Shown: in pieces, positions 28,878 to 38,533 of the stretch | How positions within the stretch are numbered: the first letter of the stretch is position 1 | Layout: each line of letters starts with the position of its first letter | NCBI GenBank assembly: GCA_043810925.1 | Contig: JBDRNT010000034.1 | Coordinates: forward strand, 1-41,714 | Direction of reading: 5' to 3' | Source of the DNA: Candidatus Eiseniibacteriota bacterium | Lineage (GTDB): Bacteria; Arandabacterota; Arandabacteria; Arandabacterales; Arandabacteraceae | DNA: 41,714 nucleotides | Position numbers and translations under genes: made by a program | The notes under the pieces: generated by a model | What the model was told of the DNA's origin: nothing | The model's input: the letters and a program-made list of their open reading frames with translations, nothing else | The model's database searches: none

Positions 28878-31390
28878 ACCTATCCGACCTGCTGCGTCAA
28901 TCCGTTAAAGCAATCACCAATCATAAGCGCAGGAATTTCTTCTCAACTTTCGGCATCGCATGGGGTGTCGCGTCTGTTCTGATCCTCGCCGGCTGGGGCG
29001 TGGGCCTGCAGAAGTTCATGAAAGAGGGCATGGGGGCGCTGGGTGAGGATCTGATTATAGTCTTTCCGGGTCATACGTCAACGGGCATAGGCGGCTACCG
29101 CGCCGGGAGACCGATACCCCTTTACCCGGAAGACATAGATGTGATCAAGGCGTATGCCTCCAAACTTAAGACGGTGATCCCCATAGATGAATACAATCTG
29201 ACTGTTTCGCGTGGAGCAAAGTCCGAAGATCGTGATGTGCGGGCGGTCGTTCCCGACGCCAGGATAATGAGAAAGCTCCAACCTGAGCGGGGGCGTTTCT
29301 TCACACCGGATGATATGCGTGACAGAAGGCGGGTCTGCTACCTCGGCCGGAAAACCGCAGCCGAGTACTTCAAGGCGGGGGAAGATCCCCTGGGCCAGGA
29401 GCTCCGGATCAGCGGTATCAGATTCACCATAGTCGGTATCCTGCCTGAGAAGAAGCAGATGGCTCAGATCGGGACACGCGATGAGGACCTGGTCTTTATT
29501 CCGTTTTCCACCGGCCGGAGTCTCTTCGGAGGGCGTCACCCGCTCTGGTGCATAATGGGCCAGTCCTTCAACCCCGAACAGGATGAGGAGGCCGTTAAGG
29601 AGATAAGAAGGGCGATGGCGGCAAAGTACCATTTCGCCCCGGAGGACGAGGAGGCTTTGTTCATCCTCCCCATGACCAAGTATACCAAGATGATGGATAA
29701 GTTCTCCGCGGCAATCGCCATCTTCGTCGCGGGTGTGGGAGCTCTCACCCTCGCCATCGGTGGAATAGGTGTCATGAACATGATGCTTGTTTCGGTCAAT
29801 GAGAGGATCGGCGAGATTGGAATTCGGCGGGCGGTGGGAGCCACACGCAAATGGATCGTCTTGCAGTTCCTGACCGAGAGTTTCCTGCTAACAGTCGTGG
29901 CGGGCGTGATCGGTCTCGCGGTGGGTCTTATCATCCTGCTTGTGGGATCGCGACTGCCTGTGCCTGAATACATCCCGCTTCCCATTCTCTCGGTAAACGT
30001 AACGATTGTCGCCATAACGGTGATGGTCGCAACAGGCATAGCCTCGGGCATAACACCGGCGCGGCGCGCTGCCGGCATCCCACCCGTCCAGGCAATCAAG
30101 GGAAACTTAAGAACCCTGATGCCTAAGATGAAGCGAACGAGGACGGTTCTTCCTTTCCCCGGGCTTTTCGGAGAAATTGTATCTCAGGCTCTGGATGATA
30201 TAAGGACGAGCAGGCTAAGGGCAGTGCTTACGGGCTTCGGCGTGTTCTGGGGCGTAGCCGCAGTCGCACTCCTTATGGGATGGGGCATCGGTATGCAGGA
30301 GAGGATGGAAGAGGATATCGCCCAGCTCGGTGGCAGGAGGACCGTGATCTACCCACGCCGCGTCGAAAGCAAGATAAGTGGTCTCAAACGTGCAAGCCAG
30401 CTTCGCTTCACCCAGGAGGACATCGACGACATCACGACCAACGCCTGGTACATCGAGTACTTCACACCGGAGCTATGGGCGGGATTCCCCGTCGTCGAAT
30501 ATGGTGGTGAATCACGTGCAGTACATACACTGGGTGTGATGCCGGATGTCAAAATAGTAAGGAACTTCGGAATTGCGAAAGGTCGGTTCATCAACCTGCG
30601 GGATATTCGCGAGGTTAGAAAGGTGTGCGTGCTGGGGGCCTCCGTTAAGGAGCGGCTCTTCGGGTCTGAAGAAGCTGTCGGGAAGTTGGTGAGGATCAAG
30701 GGCAAGGCGTTCACCGTCGCCGGGGTAATGACCGCCAAGGGTGAGCAGAACTCAATCAACACATCGCTCGATGATGATAAGTTGTTGATTCCCTACTCGA
30801 CCGCGAAGGTCCTCACAGGCTCACGGTATCCCTCCTACCTCATGCTCCACCCCACAACGGCCATTCCCTACGACGATATTGAGGAGCGTCTCCGCGGCAC
30901 CATTCTCGCAAACCATGGAATCGACCAGGAGGATGCCGTCGGCATCTATTCGGCCCTTGAGGCCCAGCGAGAGATCGGAAAGGTCATGATCGGTCTCACG
31001 GCATTCTTAGGTGGCGTGGGGCTTGTGACTTTGCTCATCGGCGGCGTGGGTGTCGCAAATGTGATGTTTGTCTCGGTGGCCCAGCGAACACGCGAGATCG
31101 GGATAAGACGTGCCGCAGGCGCCCGGAAGATACACGTTTTTCTTCAGTTTCTGTCTGAGGCCGTGATCATCTGTCTCGCAGGCGGAGTTCTGGGAGCACT
31201 CCTTGCCCTGGGCATATCCAAAGGCTTAAGTGTACTGCCCCTGCCACGGATGTTCGCGGCACCCAAGGTAAATGGGACCATGCTCCTCTTGATCTTCGGA
31301 TTCATAGTGGGCGCAGGCATAATCTCGGGTATATTCCCCGCAAGGAAAGCCTCCAACAGCAACGTAATCGATAGCCTCCGCTACGAGTAA
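28874..31390 (+). CDS. MacB/FtsX-type ABC permease made of two fused permease units
   Basis: two copies of G-(I/V)-x-WGV...GRF...GG(I/V)GV-N-M-VSV-(E/Q)R--EIGIRRA-GA...QFL-E...PAR; ends SLRYE; ATGA overlap with the adaptor. Confidence 0.9.
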   Translation: MNLSDLLRQSVKAITNHKRRNFFSTFGIAWGVASVLILAGWGVGLQKFMKEGMGALGEDLIIVFPGHTSTGIGGYRAGRPIPLYPEDIDVIKAYASKLKTVIPIDEYNLTVSRGAKSEDRDVRAVVPDARIMRKLQPERGRFFTPDDMRDRRRVCYLGRKTAAEYFKAGEDPLGQELRISGIRFTIVGILPEKKQMAQIGTRDEDLVFIPFSTGRSLFGGRHPLWCIMGQSFNPEQDEEAVKEIRRAMAAKYHFAPEDEEALFILPMTKYTKMMDKFSAAIAIFVAGVGALTLAIGGIGVMNMMLVSVNERIGEIGIRRAVGATRKWIVLQFLTESFLLTVVAGVIGLAVGLIILLVGSRLPVPEYIPLPILSVNVTIVAITVMVATGIASGITPARRAAGIPPVQAIKGNLRTLMPKMKRTRTVLPFPGLFGEIVSQALDDIRTSRLRAVLTGFGVFWGVAAVALLMGWGIGMQERMEEDIAQLGGRRTVIYPRRVESKISGLKRASQLRFTQEDIDDITTNAWYIEYFTPELWAGFPVVEYGGESRAVHTLGVMPDVKIVRNFGIAKGRFINLRDIREVRKVCVLGASVKERLFGSEEAVGKLVRIKGKAFTVAGVMTAKGEQNSINTSLDDDKLLIPYSTAKVLTGSRYPSYLMLHPTTAIPYDDIEERLRGTILANHGIDQEDAVGIYSALEAQREIGKVMIGLTAFLGGVGLVTLLIGGVGVANVMFVSVAQRTREIGIRRAAGARKIHVFLQFLSEAVIICLAGGVLGALLALGISKGLSVLPLPRMFAAPKVNGTMLLLIFGFIVGAGIISGIFPARKASNSNVIDSLRYE

Positions 31391-31397
31391 AGTTCCT

Positions 31398-31535
31398 GTA
31401 GCGTCGTCGCTCCTGCGGCGACGGCCTTCACGTCGGGGGTGGAACCCCGACGCTACCGGACACGTTGTCTTCGTTGCGTCGGGGTTCCATCCCGCCAGAC
31501 TTGGTCCCTGTTGCGTCGGGGTTCCACCCCCGACG
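31398..31535. repeat. cluster of four GTAG-type REP palindromes
   Basis: consensus GT(A/T)GCGTCGGGGTTCCACCCCCGACG at 31431-31456 (-), 31473-31496 and 31510-31535, plus variant GTAGCGTCGTCGC-TCCT-GCGGCGACG at 31398-31423. Confidence 0.85.
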
Positions 31536-31611
31536 GCCCTGGTCTCCGCGGCCTACGGCCTTTGGTTGCGAACCTCCCTCACCCATGATACAATCCTCTC
31601 AGAGGTGATTG

Positions 31612-32691
31612 ATGATGGGTTTGGGCCTGAGCTGCAAGTATCTCACTCTTCTGCTCGCGGCCGCTTGTGCCGCTTGCCTCGTTTCCGGAACCGAAACCGA
31701 TGCAAGGTCCTGGTACGTACTACCCGATAGCACAGGCGATGCGCCCACGATTCCGGCCGGCCTGGACTCAGCATCCTACGGAGATACGGTGTTGGTAGCC
31801 CCAGGCATATACCAGACCTTCGATGATCCTGAGACCAAGATCTACGCCAAGGATGGGGTGTGGCTCTTGAGCGAGGGTGGACCGGATGTGACAGTGATCG
31901 AGATGTGTGGTGCCACCGGGATCACGTTCTTTACATGCGAAGGCGCGAGAGCATCCGGCTTCTGGATTCGGCCTGGATCAGGCGGGGGCTGTGAGCCACC
32001 GCCACTTCTGGCCAGGGGGATATCATGCTACGAGTGTACTGATGTGATCGTTGAGCATTGCATCATAGAAGGCGTGGATCACGGGATATATGTGAGAGGT
32101 GCCTCTTCGGAGTGGTGGAAGCCGGTCTTCAGAAACAATGTCATACGTGACTGCTACATGGGCATCTACTGCTGGGATATCCATGATCCAGGGCGTCCGT
32201 TTTTCCAGGGTAATACTATTACTGAGTGCGCATTCGGAGCAGAGATCCTGGATTCTGCACCGAATCTGGATGGGAATGAAATAACTCACAATGCATGGGG
32301 CCTGAGTTACGGGGGGCACTGCGGGGGCAACTGTACGCGCAACGTGATTGCCTACAATGAGGATGGTGGAGTATGGGTGTATTCTGATCCACCGCTCGCC
32401 TCACCCGACTTCAACGGAACGTGGCTTCCTGAGGAGGCAAACGACTTCTACGGTAACGGTGGCTATGACATTCGTTACATGTATGACCCGGAGCAGGGGC
32501 AGGGACTTGTGATGGCCATATACAACTGGTGGGGGAGTGATTGTCCCAACTTCGCGAGTAGGATCTATGGTAGTAACGTTGTGTACAGCCCCTGGCTTGA
32601 TTCAACTCACACGGTTGCTATAACTGAGGCCGATTGCCAGGGGGCGACCGAACCAACCACCTGGGGAAGCATCAAGGCGATGTTTCGATGA
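31612..32691 (+). CDS. secreted right-handed parallel beta-helix (NosD/pectin-lyase-like) protein with C-terminal TWGxIK motif
   Basis: signal peptide; PTI-AG...GDTVLVAPG-Y; repeated N-x-I...G-I turns; NWWG; ends TEPTTWGSIKAMFR. Confidence 0.85.
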   Translation: MMGLGLSCKYLTLLLAAACAACLVSGTETDARSWYVLPDSTGDAPTIPAGLDSASYGDTVLVAPGIYQTFDDPETKIYAKDGVWLLSEGGPDVTVIEMCGATGITFFTCEGARASGFWIRPGSGGGCEPPPLLARGISCYECTDVIVEHCIIEGVDHGIYVRGASSEWWKPVFRNNVIRDCYMGIYCWDIHDPGRPFFQGNTITECAFGAEILDSAPNLDGNEITHNAWGLSYGGHCGGNCTRNVIAYNEDGGVWVYSDPPLASPDFNGTWLPEEANDFYGNGGYDIRYMYDPEQGQGLVMAIYNWWGSDCPNFASRIYGSNVVYSPWLDSTHTVAITEADCQGATEPTTWGSIKAMFR

Positions 32692-32709
32692 TGGAGAGAC
32701 GACAACGAT

Positions 32710-32818
32710 CGTCGAGCGCGGAGACCCGATTCGTCGGGGGTGGAACCCCGATGCTACAGGAACAAGGGCCGTCGGGAGTGGAGATCCGATCCGTCGGGTA
32801 CGGAACCCCGGCGCTACA
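32710..32818. repeat. tandem REP units with a 60-bp period
   Basis: 32710-32758 and 32770-32818 each contain a degenerate CGTCG..GGAGA.CCGAT copy followed by CGTCGGG...GGAACCCCG..GCTAC, the reverse complement of the GTAG REP. Confidence 0.8.
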
Positions 32819-33374
32819 TAACAAAGAACTCCTGGATGGCGGTGGCGGTGTCCTCTTTTCCGAGCAGGCGGGCTAGTTCTATTGAGAAAGGTATGATGGC
32901 CTGCACGCTTGCCGTGATAATGTTCTCATCCACGGCCAGCGGTTCCTTTACGCGCGTCGCACCCTGAAACCACCCACGCGTGTCTTCAGTTATGTCGCAT
33001 GCGAAACGGCTCCCCGAGAGAATCCCTGCGGCTCCCAGAATCAGGGGAGCACCACAGATCGCAGCTACGATCTTGCCCTGCTTCCAGAATTCCTGGATGG
33101 TCCTTATCAGCGGCGCATCCTTGCCCAGATCCCGGGGGAAACGGCCCTCATCGGGGTCCACACCTCCCGGCAGGAAGAGACCGTCGAACTCGGAGACAGT
33201 GATGTCTTTAAGCGTCAGATCCACCTCAAGATCAAATCCCAGGGCCGTCCTGATTCGATCCGGACCGACCGATACGAATGTGTGCTCTATCCCGGGCCGA
33301 AGGCAGAAAATCGGAAAGCCCACTTCCCAGTCTGCGACTCCCTGATACACGATCACCGCGAGTTGCTTAACCAT
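32814..33374 (-). CDS. DJ-1/PfpI family protein
   Basis: ADWE, FDGLFLPGG, AAICGAP nucleophile elbow, IITA; ATG 33374 follows GGAG. Confidence 0.85.
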   Translation of the reverse strand: MVKQLAVIVYQGVADWEVGFPIFCLRPGIEHTFVSVGPDRIRTALGFDLEVDLTLKDITVSEFDGLFLPGGVDPDEGRFPRDLGKDAPLIRTIQEFWKQGKIVAAICGAPLILGAAGILSGSRFACDITEDTRGWFQGATRVKEPLAVDENIITASVQAIIPFSIELARLLGKEDTATAIQEFFVM

Positions 33375-33403
33375 GTCACTCTCCGGACCCGGCTCCCGAC
33401 CGG

Positions 33404-33631
33404 CTATTCCGACTTGAACATCGACGAGAGTATCTTGGCAGTACTTGGGATTGCGATTATCAGAGCAACGACAATCACACCCCATCCGACAGTAACGCGG
33501 TTGAAATCGTAGTACTCACAGAGCAGGATACCAATCCCCACTCCAAAAACAAACTTGGCAACGATGTGGGTTGTAAGCAGACTATTCGGTAACTCCTTGA
33601 ATATGTCCCGGGCTCGCCCGTAAAAGCTCAC
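33404..33631 (-). CDS. small two-helix membrane protein of unknown function
   Basis: GTG after GGAGG; two hydrophobic segments (IVAKFVFGVGIGILL, VGWGVIVVALIIAI); fills the gap between OsmC and DJ-1 genes. Confidence 0.6.
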   Translation of the reverse strand: MSFYGRARDIFKELPNSLLTTHIVAKFVFGVGIGILLCEYYDFNRVTVGWGVIVVALIIAIPSTAKILSSMFKSE

Positions 33632-33650
33632 GCTCTCACCCCCTCCCTGC

Positions 33651-34061
33651 TCACACAACCTTGACGTCGTATTCGATCTTGGCCTTTTCCCTGAGCATCA
33701 CGCCAACCGAACAGTATTTCTCATTGGACAGATCGGCTGCTTTCCTTGCCTTTTCCTCAGTCAGATCGTCGCCTGAGACGACGTAGGTGATCTTCATCTC
33801 CTCGTAGTACCTCGGGTGTTCCTCCCTCCGCTTGGTCTCGACCTCGATATCCAACTTCTTAAGACCGACCCTCATCTTCTCAAGGATCGAGACGATGTCC
33901 ATCCCGGTGCAAGCACCCAGACCTATCGCAAGCAGTTCCATCGGGGTGGGATACTTGCCCGTACCCCCAAACGCCGGTCCGGGCTCCAGGGTCACACTTG
34001 CCCCGCTCTCCGTGGTGCTTACAAATCGCATATCGCCATCCCATTTCATCCGTATACCCAC
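33651..34061 (-). CDS. OsmC family protein (YhfA-like)
   Basis: PTPMELL...GACTGMD and EKYCSV two-Cys motifs; AAGGAGG RBS. Confidence 0.9.
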   Translation of the reverse strand: MGIRMKWDGDMRFVSTTESGASVTLEPGPAFGGTGKYPTPMELLAIGLGACTGMDIVSILEKMRVGLKKLDIEVETKRREEHPRYYEEMKITYVVSGDDLTEEKARKAADLSNEKYCSVGVMLREKAKIEYDVKVV

Positions 34062-34094
34062 AAATTGCCTCCTTCCTCTTTCTTCACTGTCATG

Positions 34095-35600
34095 TCATCC
34101 TTTGATGCCCAGAACCTCGACCGGGTTGCGCCCGCGTTTTAAGACGAGATCAACCCAGGCAAGGTTAAGTTTCCTCAGTGTCTCAAGCCGTGCGATCTTT
34201 GCGTTGAAAAGACCCGTCTCAGAGTCCACGAATTCATTTAAGGATATTACATCCTGTGCATACTGGGTGCGTTTGGTCACAAGCATCTGCTCTAAGAGCT
34301 CGACCTGTCTTGTCTGAAGCTCGAGCCTTGTTCTCAGTGCCGTGATCTGCGCAGCAAGATGCGCCCTCTCTTCGACGGCAATCTGGATTGCGTCTTCGTG
34401 TGCCGATTCGGCGGTCTTTAAGGTCGCTTGCGCCAGGCCGATATCCGAGCTCAACCCCGGCTCCGGGAAAGTGAACCCGAGACTCAACGAGCCACCCCAT
34501 CTGTTCTTCTCGAACTCATCCCGGGCCTGCCGGAAGTCATCCCCCACACCCTGAAACCCATACCAGAGGGACACCGCCGGGCGACCGTAACGTCTTCTCC
34601 TGGTCTCGGCGAGCCCTATCCTGGCTACCTCTACATCATAGCCGGCTTTGACAACCTCCGGCGACGGTGCGCTGCGGTCGGCCGCATCAGCGAACAAGAC
34701 CTCGCCAAGGTCCTCCGGAGTGAGATCACCGGTGGCTGTGGGTGTCACAACCCGTAGCTGCCTCAGGGCCCTGTCGAAGGCTGTCCGGGCTTCAAAATGC
34801 TTGATCCGGGCGTCATTCGCCGCAACCTGTTTTTCAAGCACGTCGGTTTCCGAGATCAGAAACTCCCCAAACTGCTTGATCGCCGCCTCGGCTTCATGCA
34901 CGGCACGATCGAGCCTGCGCTCTTCCGTCTCCAGCCTGTAGGCGCCGATCAGGTAGTCGAAGAAGAGGTTCACCGCCTTCTTCATGCCAGCGGCCGCATC
35001 GATCTTATGCTGCGCGGCCTTTATCTCGTACTCAAGTGAGGCTTTCCTGATCTCATTTCTCCGCTCCCACGGGCCGAAGAGGGGCTGATCGAGCGAAAAG
35101 CCCACATCTGTTGAGAACTCCTCGTCACCGGCCTCACGGGAATACGTTGCATCCTCGGGGAAACCCTCGGATGAGAAATCCGAGCTCCTCTTACTCGCAC
35201 TTCCGGTCAGTGACAGATTGCCCCCTGTCGGAAGCGGCTGTCTCAGGGTGAGCGACATAAGATGCGATCTCAGCTTGCTCTGATAGAAACCCCTGTAGGT
35301 TGTACTGTCCTTTGCATTGTACAGATTATCGTAGAGCCTCCCGTACGAGTAATAAGGCGAGGTGATGCTGAGCTGGAGACCCGGTGGGGCGAGGTAGCGC
35401 TTTCCACTCATTCTCCTTTCGGATGCCTCGACCCTGAGCAGCGAGGCGGCAAGCCCACTATCGGTCTTAAGATAGCGGACGAGGAAATCCGTGAGTGTGA
35501 TCTCGTCCTCCGCTAAAACCGCTGTGGTGCGGGCCGGACCGATTACAGCAACCAGGCCCAGCAGCACAGATGCAAGAAGTAAGCGAGGATTGCTACTCAT
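34095..35600 (-). CDS. TolC family outer-membrane channel
   Basis: signal peptide from ATG 35600; LRQPLPTGG, LDQPLF; alternating beta-strand and long helical segments in two halves; 8-bp overlap with the permease stop. Confidence 0.8.
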   Translation of the reverse strand: MSSNPRLLLASVLLGLVAVIGPARTTAVLAEDEITLTDFLVRYLKTDSGLAASLLRVEASERRMSGKRYLAPPGLQLSITSPYYSYGRLYDNLYNAKDSTTYRGFYQSKLRSHLMSLTLRQPLPTGGNLSLTGSASKRSSDFSSEGFPEDATYSREAGDEEFSTDVGFSLDQPLFGPWERRNEIRKASLEYEIKAAQHKIDAAAGMKKAVNLFFDYLIGAYRLETEERRLDRAVHEAEAAIKQFGEFLISETDVLEKQVAANDARIKHFEARTAFDRALRQLRVVTPTATGDLTPEDLGEVLFADAADRSAPSPEVVKAGYDVEVARIGLAETRRRRYGRPAVSLWYGFQGVGDDFRQARDEFEKNRWGGSLSLGFTFPEPGLSSDIGLAQATLKTAESAHEDAIQIAVEERAHLAAQITALRTRLELQTRQVELLEQMLVTKRTQYAQDVISLNEFVDSETGLFNAKIARLETLRKLNLAWVDLVLKRGRNPVEVLGIKG

Positions 35601-36822
35601 ATCGCAGTGCCTCTCCGGGATCGGTTCTGGCAGCCCGTCTTGCGGGATAGTAACCCGACGCCACACCTACCACCCCGGCCACCCCAACAGCCACAAGAAT
35701 GTGCAACACGTTTATGGCGGTCCGCCACGCGGCGTATCCGGCCACAGCCGCTGACAGACCTATCCCCACACCGATACCCACGACACAGCCTACCAGACTG
35801 AGCGCAATAGCCTCAATCAGGAACTGAAGCAGGACCGCATGGGAGGTCGCGCCCGCTGCCCGTCTTACGCCAATCTCATGGCGCCGCTCAAGCACAGTGG
35901 CGAGCATGATGTTCATGATGCCGATTCCGCCCACGAGAAGACTTATGCCGGCAATTGCTCCCATGACTATGTTAAACGTCCGCTGCGTACGCTGGCTTTG
36001 TTGAAGCAATGCCTGGGGTACGATCAGTCTGAAGTCTTTGTTGTCACCATGGAGCCGCTCAAGGCGTTTCTCGGCAAGCACCGAAGCCGCCGGGACATCT
36101 CCTGAACCCGCGACCGCGATTACGACCTCATCAATGCTTTCATCCGGACGCGGGCCACGATCCCTGGTCCCCTCGAAGTCTCCGGCAGCCCGCAGGGGAA
36201 CAAACACCTGGGTGTTGTAGTGAGGCAGCTTAAGCCCGCTGACCCTCGACCTCCCGACCTTCTTATACTCGGAAACCCCTATCACCGTAAACCACGAATT
36301 CCCGATCTTGACCTGTTCACCGCAGGCATTGTCGAACGCAAATAGCGCCTTTTTAAGCGATGAACCAAGCACGCATACTCTGGCTCCGCCTGCATCATCG
36401 GCAGCATCAAGGAAGCGGCCGCTCTGGAGCTCCAGGTTGAGGATCGCCCGGAACGCAGGACTGGTGGCGACGACCTCAGCACGCACACGTCGCCCACCGG
36501 CCTGTACAACGCTTTCAGGATAGCGTCTCAGCGCGGCCCAGCCGGATACTATCTCAAGCGCTCCAAGCGCCCCGGCGTCCCGCATGACGAGACCTTCCGT
36601 GGTGCCGCCATCCCAGCTGCCTGATGCGTTTTCGACGAAGATCGTGTTGGCACCGAGAAGCTCTACCTGCTCGGTTGATTCCTTCCTGGCTCCCTCGCTT
36701 ATCGAGAGCATCGCCACTACAGCCCCGACTCCGAACACCACGCCAAGCGCGGTCAGGAAGGAACGAACCTTATTTGAGGCAAGCGAATGAAAAGCAATTG
36801 GAAAGACCTGGATCGGATGCAC
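35593..36822 (-). CDS. MacB/FtsX-type ABC permease
   Basis: RSFLTALGVVFGV, GRF, SLLVGGIGIMNIML, ERRHEIGVRRAAGA, YPARRAA, EALRYE. Confidence 0.92.
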   Translation of the reverse strand: MHPIQVFPIAFHSLASNKVRSFLTALGVVFGVGAVVAMLSISEGARKESTEQVELLGANTIFVENASGSWDGGTTEGLVMRDAGALGALEIVSGWAALRRYPESVVQAGGRRVRAEVVATSPAFRAILNLELQSGRFLDAADDAGGARVCVLGSSLKKALFAFDNACGEQVKIGNSWFTVIGVSEYKKVGRSRVSGLKLPHYNTQVFVPLRAAGDFEGTRDRGPRPDESIDEVVIAVAGSGDVPAASVLAEKRLERLHGDNKDFRLIVPQALLQQSQRTQRTFNIVMGAIAGISLLVGGIGIMNIMLATVLERRHEIGVRRAAGATSHAVLLQFLIEAIALSLVGCVVGIGVGIGLSAAVAGYAAWRTAINVLHILVAVGVAGVVGVASGYYPARRAARTDPGEALRYE

Positions 36823-36830
36823 TGCGTCCG

Positions 36831-38003
36831 CTACCCCTCACGTTTTTCCATCGGATCCAACAAGGCGATCTCCTCGGTCCCTTCGAGACCCGAGCGAATC
36901 ACGATATGCGTGTCGTTTCGTTTGCCAACCTCGACTTCGCGCTCCCGGAAGGACCCACCGGCCCTGACGTAGACAACAGGTCGGCCGTCCTTCTCAAAGA
37001 CACCCTCGATCGGAACCGAGATCGCATCATCGATCACATCGGCGATGATCTCGACCCTGGTCTTCATACCGGGTCTGAACCTCGCATCAATGCTGTCGAG
37101 CCCGGCCGATACATCGAAGACATTAGGCCCGCCGGTGTAGTTCCTGCTTCGTGCGAGATTGCCGATCTTTGTTATCCGGCCGCCGTATGATGTGTCGGGA
37201 TATGCCTCAAGGGTAATGATACAAGGCAGACCGACGGCGATTCTGCTTATGTAGATCTCATCAATGTCGGTAGCGACATAAAGCGTCCTGAGATCGGGCA
37301 GGCTTATGATCGGTTGCATCGGCCAGGGTGAGTCCCCTTCCTGTACCTTGACCTGCTGGCCCCCCTTCCACACCTTCTCATGGACGACGATGCCGTCTCC
37401 GGGAGCAGTGACCGAAAGATCCGTAAGACTCCGCTCGGCTGAGGTAAGGCGCTCCTCGGCCCGCGCTATGTGAACCTCGGCCTTGACGACCTCAGCCCTC
37501 ATTATCTTCACCTCGGTCTCGTATTTCATCCTGGCCAGATCGAGCTCCCGCTGGGCGTTTTCAAGGTCGAGTGCCGATTCCCCCTCGGCTTTTCTCGCCT
37601 CTATCCCCTTCTTCCTTATTTCTTCCTTGAGCTCCCGCTCGCGCAGGCTGTTCTTAGCATCGGTCAGATCGAGATCGGCCTTAGCCGCGGTGAGATCCCG
37701 TTTTGCGCCCTCGAGCCTGTCCAGAAGCTCCGTGGGGTCGAACTGGACTATGAAATCACCCTTTGCCACAACCGTGCCCTCAGGTATGAGTCGAGTGATA
37801 AGCAGTTTCCCCCCGACACTTGGCGCACTGATTGTGAGCGAACGGAGCGCCTTGATCTCTCCGCTTCTGGTGATCGAGATCACGAACTCCCCACGCCTGG
37901 CTTTTGCCAGCGGGATATCGCGCCCCCCGCCCATGCTGACGAGGAGCGCAACCACGACGGCGATTACAACGATGCTCAGGATGTAGAGATTTCGTCTTCG
38001 CAC
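36831..38003 (-). CDS. membrane fusion / periplasmic adaptor protein (MacA-like)
   Basis: N-terminal TM; PEGTVV-KGD, coiled hairpin, APGDG, IDE, RPGM, SGL. Confidence 0.88.
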   Translation of the reverse strand: MRRRNLYILSIVVIAVVVALLVSMGGGRDIPLAKARRGEFVISITRSGEIKALRSLTISAPSVGGKLLITRLIPEGTVVAKGDFIVQFDPTELLDRLEGAKRDLTAAKADLDLTDAKNSLRERELKEEIRKKGIEARKAEGESALDLENAQRELDLARMKYETEVKIMRAEVVKAEVHIARAEERLTSAERSLTDLSVTAPGDGIVVHEKVWKGGQQVKVQEGDSPWPMQPIISLPDLRTLYVATDIDEIYISRIAVGLPCIITLEAYPDTSYGGRITKIGNLARSRNYTGGPNVFDVSAGLDSIDARFRPGMKTRVEIIADVIDDAISVPIEGVFEKDGRPVVYVRAGGSFREREVEVGKRNDTHIVIRSGLEGTEEIALLDPMEKREG

Positions 38004-38019
38004 CGGGTTGTCCCGATCC

Positions 38020-38439
38020 CTACTGGGTACGCTTTATGATGTGATACCCGAACTTGGTCTCAACGATGTCCGAGACCTTGCCGGGCTCAAGGGCGAAAGC
38101 GGCGTTCTCAAATGGTTTGACCATCTGGCCCTTGCGGAAGAAGCCCAGATCTCCCTGGTTCTCCGCGCTCGGGCAGTCGGAGTAAGTCGTGGCAAGCTCT
38201 TCGAAGCTCTCACCGGCATCCAACTTCTTCTTGAGATCCTTGATGAGCGCGTCCGCTTCTTCCTTGGTTCTTGTGGCAGTTGTTCGCTCAACACCTGCAT
38301 ATGATACCAGGATGTGACTTGCCCGGATGTTCCCCGGCGGTACGGGCTGGACCGTCTTAACCGGTTCCGCCTCCTTCTTTTCCGCACAACCCACAGCCAC
38401 AAACATGATCATGACCAGCACCAATGCGATTCGTCTCAT
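38020..38439 (-). CDS. parvulin-type peptidyl-prolyl isomerase lipoprotein
   Basis: AVG-C lipobox; RASHIL, FEELA--YSD, GDLG-F, MVKPFE-AAF-L, T-FGYHII. Confidence 0.92.
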   Translation of the reverse strand: MRRIALVLVMIMFVAVGCAEKKEAEPVKTVQPVPPGNIRASHILVSYAGVERTTATRTKEEADALIKDLKKKLDAGESFEELATTYSDCPSAENQGDLGFFRKGQMVKPFENAAFALEPGKVSDIVETKFGYHIIKRTQ

Positions 38440-38533
38440 GGTGTCCTCCTCTCCTTGCTGGAATGATACCCACTTGAAGGTTCCTCATGTGAAAGTTACC
38501 ATAGAGAGAGGGGAGGGTCAATATCTAGAGACA

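Noticed and set aside
31398-31535. Possible CRISPR array
   Set aside because: Repeats are in mixed orientation with short irregular spacers, recur at other intergenic sites, and no cas genes are present; this fits REPs.
33375-33485. Cys-rich N-terminal extension of the DJ-1 ORF
   Set aside because: It overlaps the upstream small membrane gene in another frame; the DJ-1 fold begins at ATG 33374.
38327-38533. N-terminal extension of the QueG-like ORF in the track
   Set aside because: It overlaps the divergent parvulin gene; family similarity begins at Met 38534.
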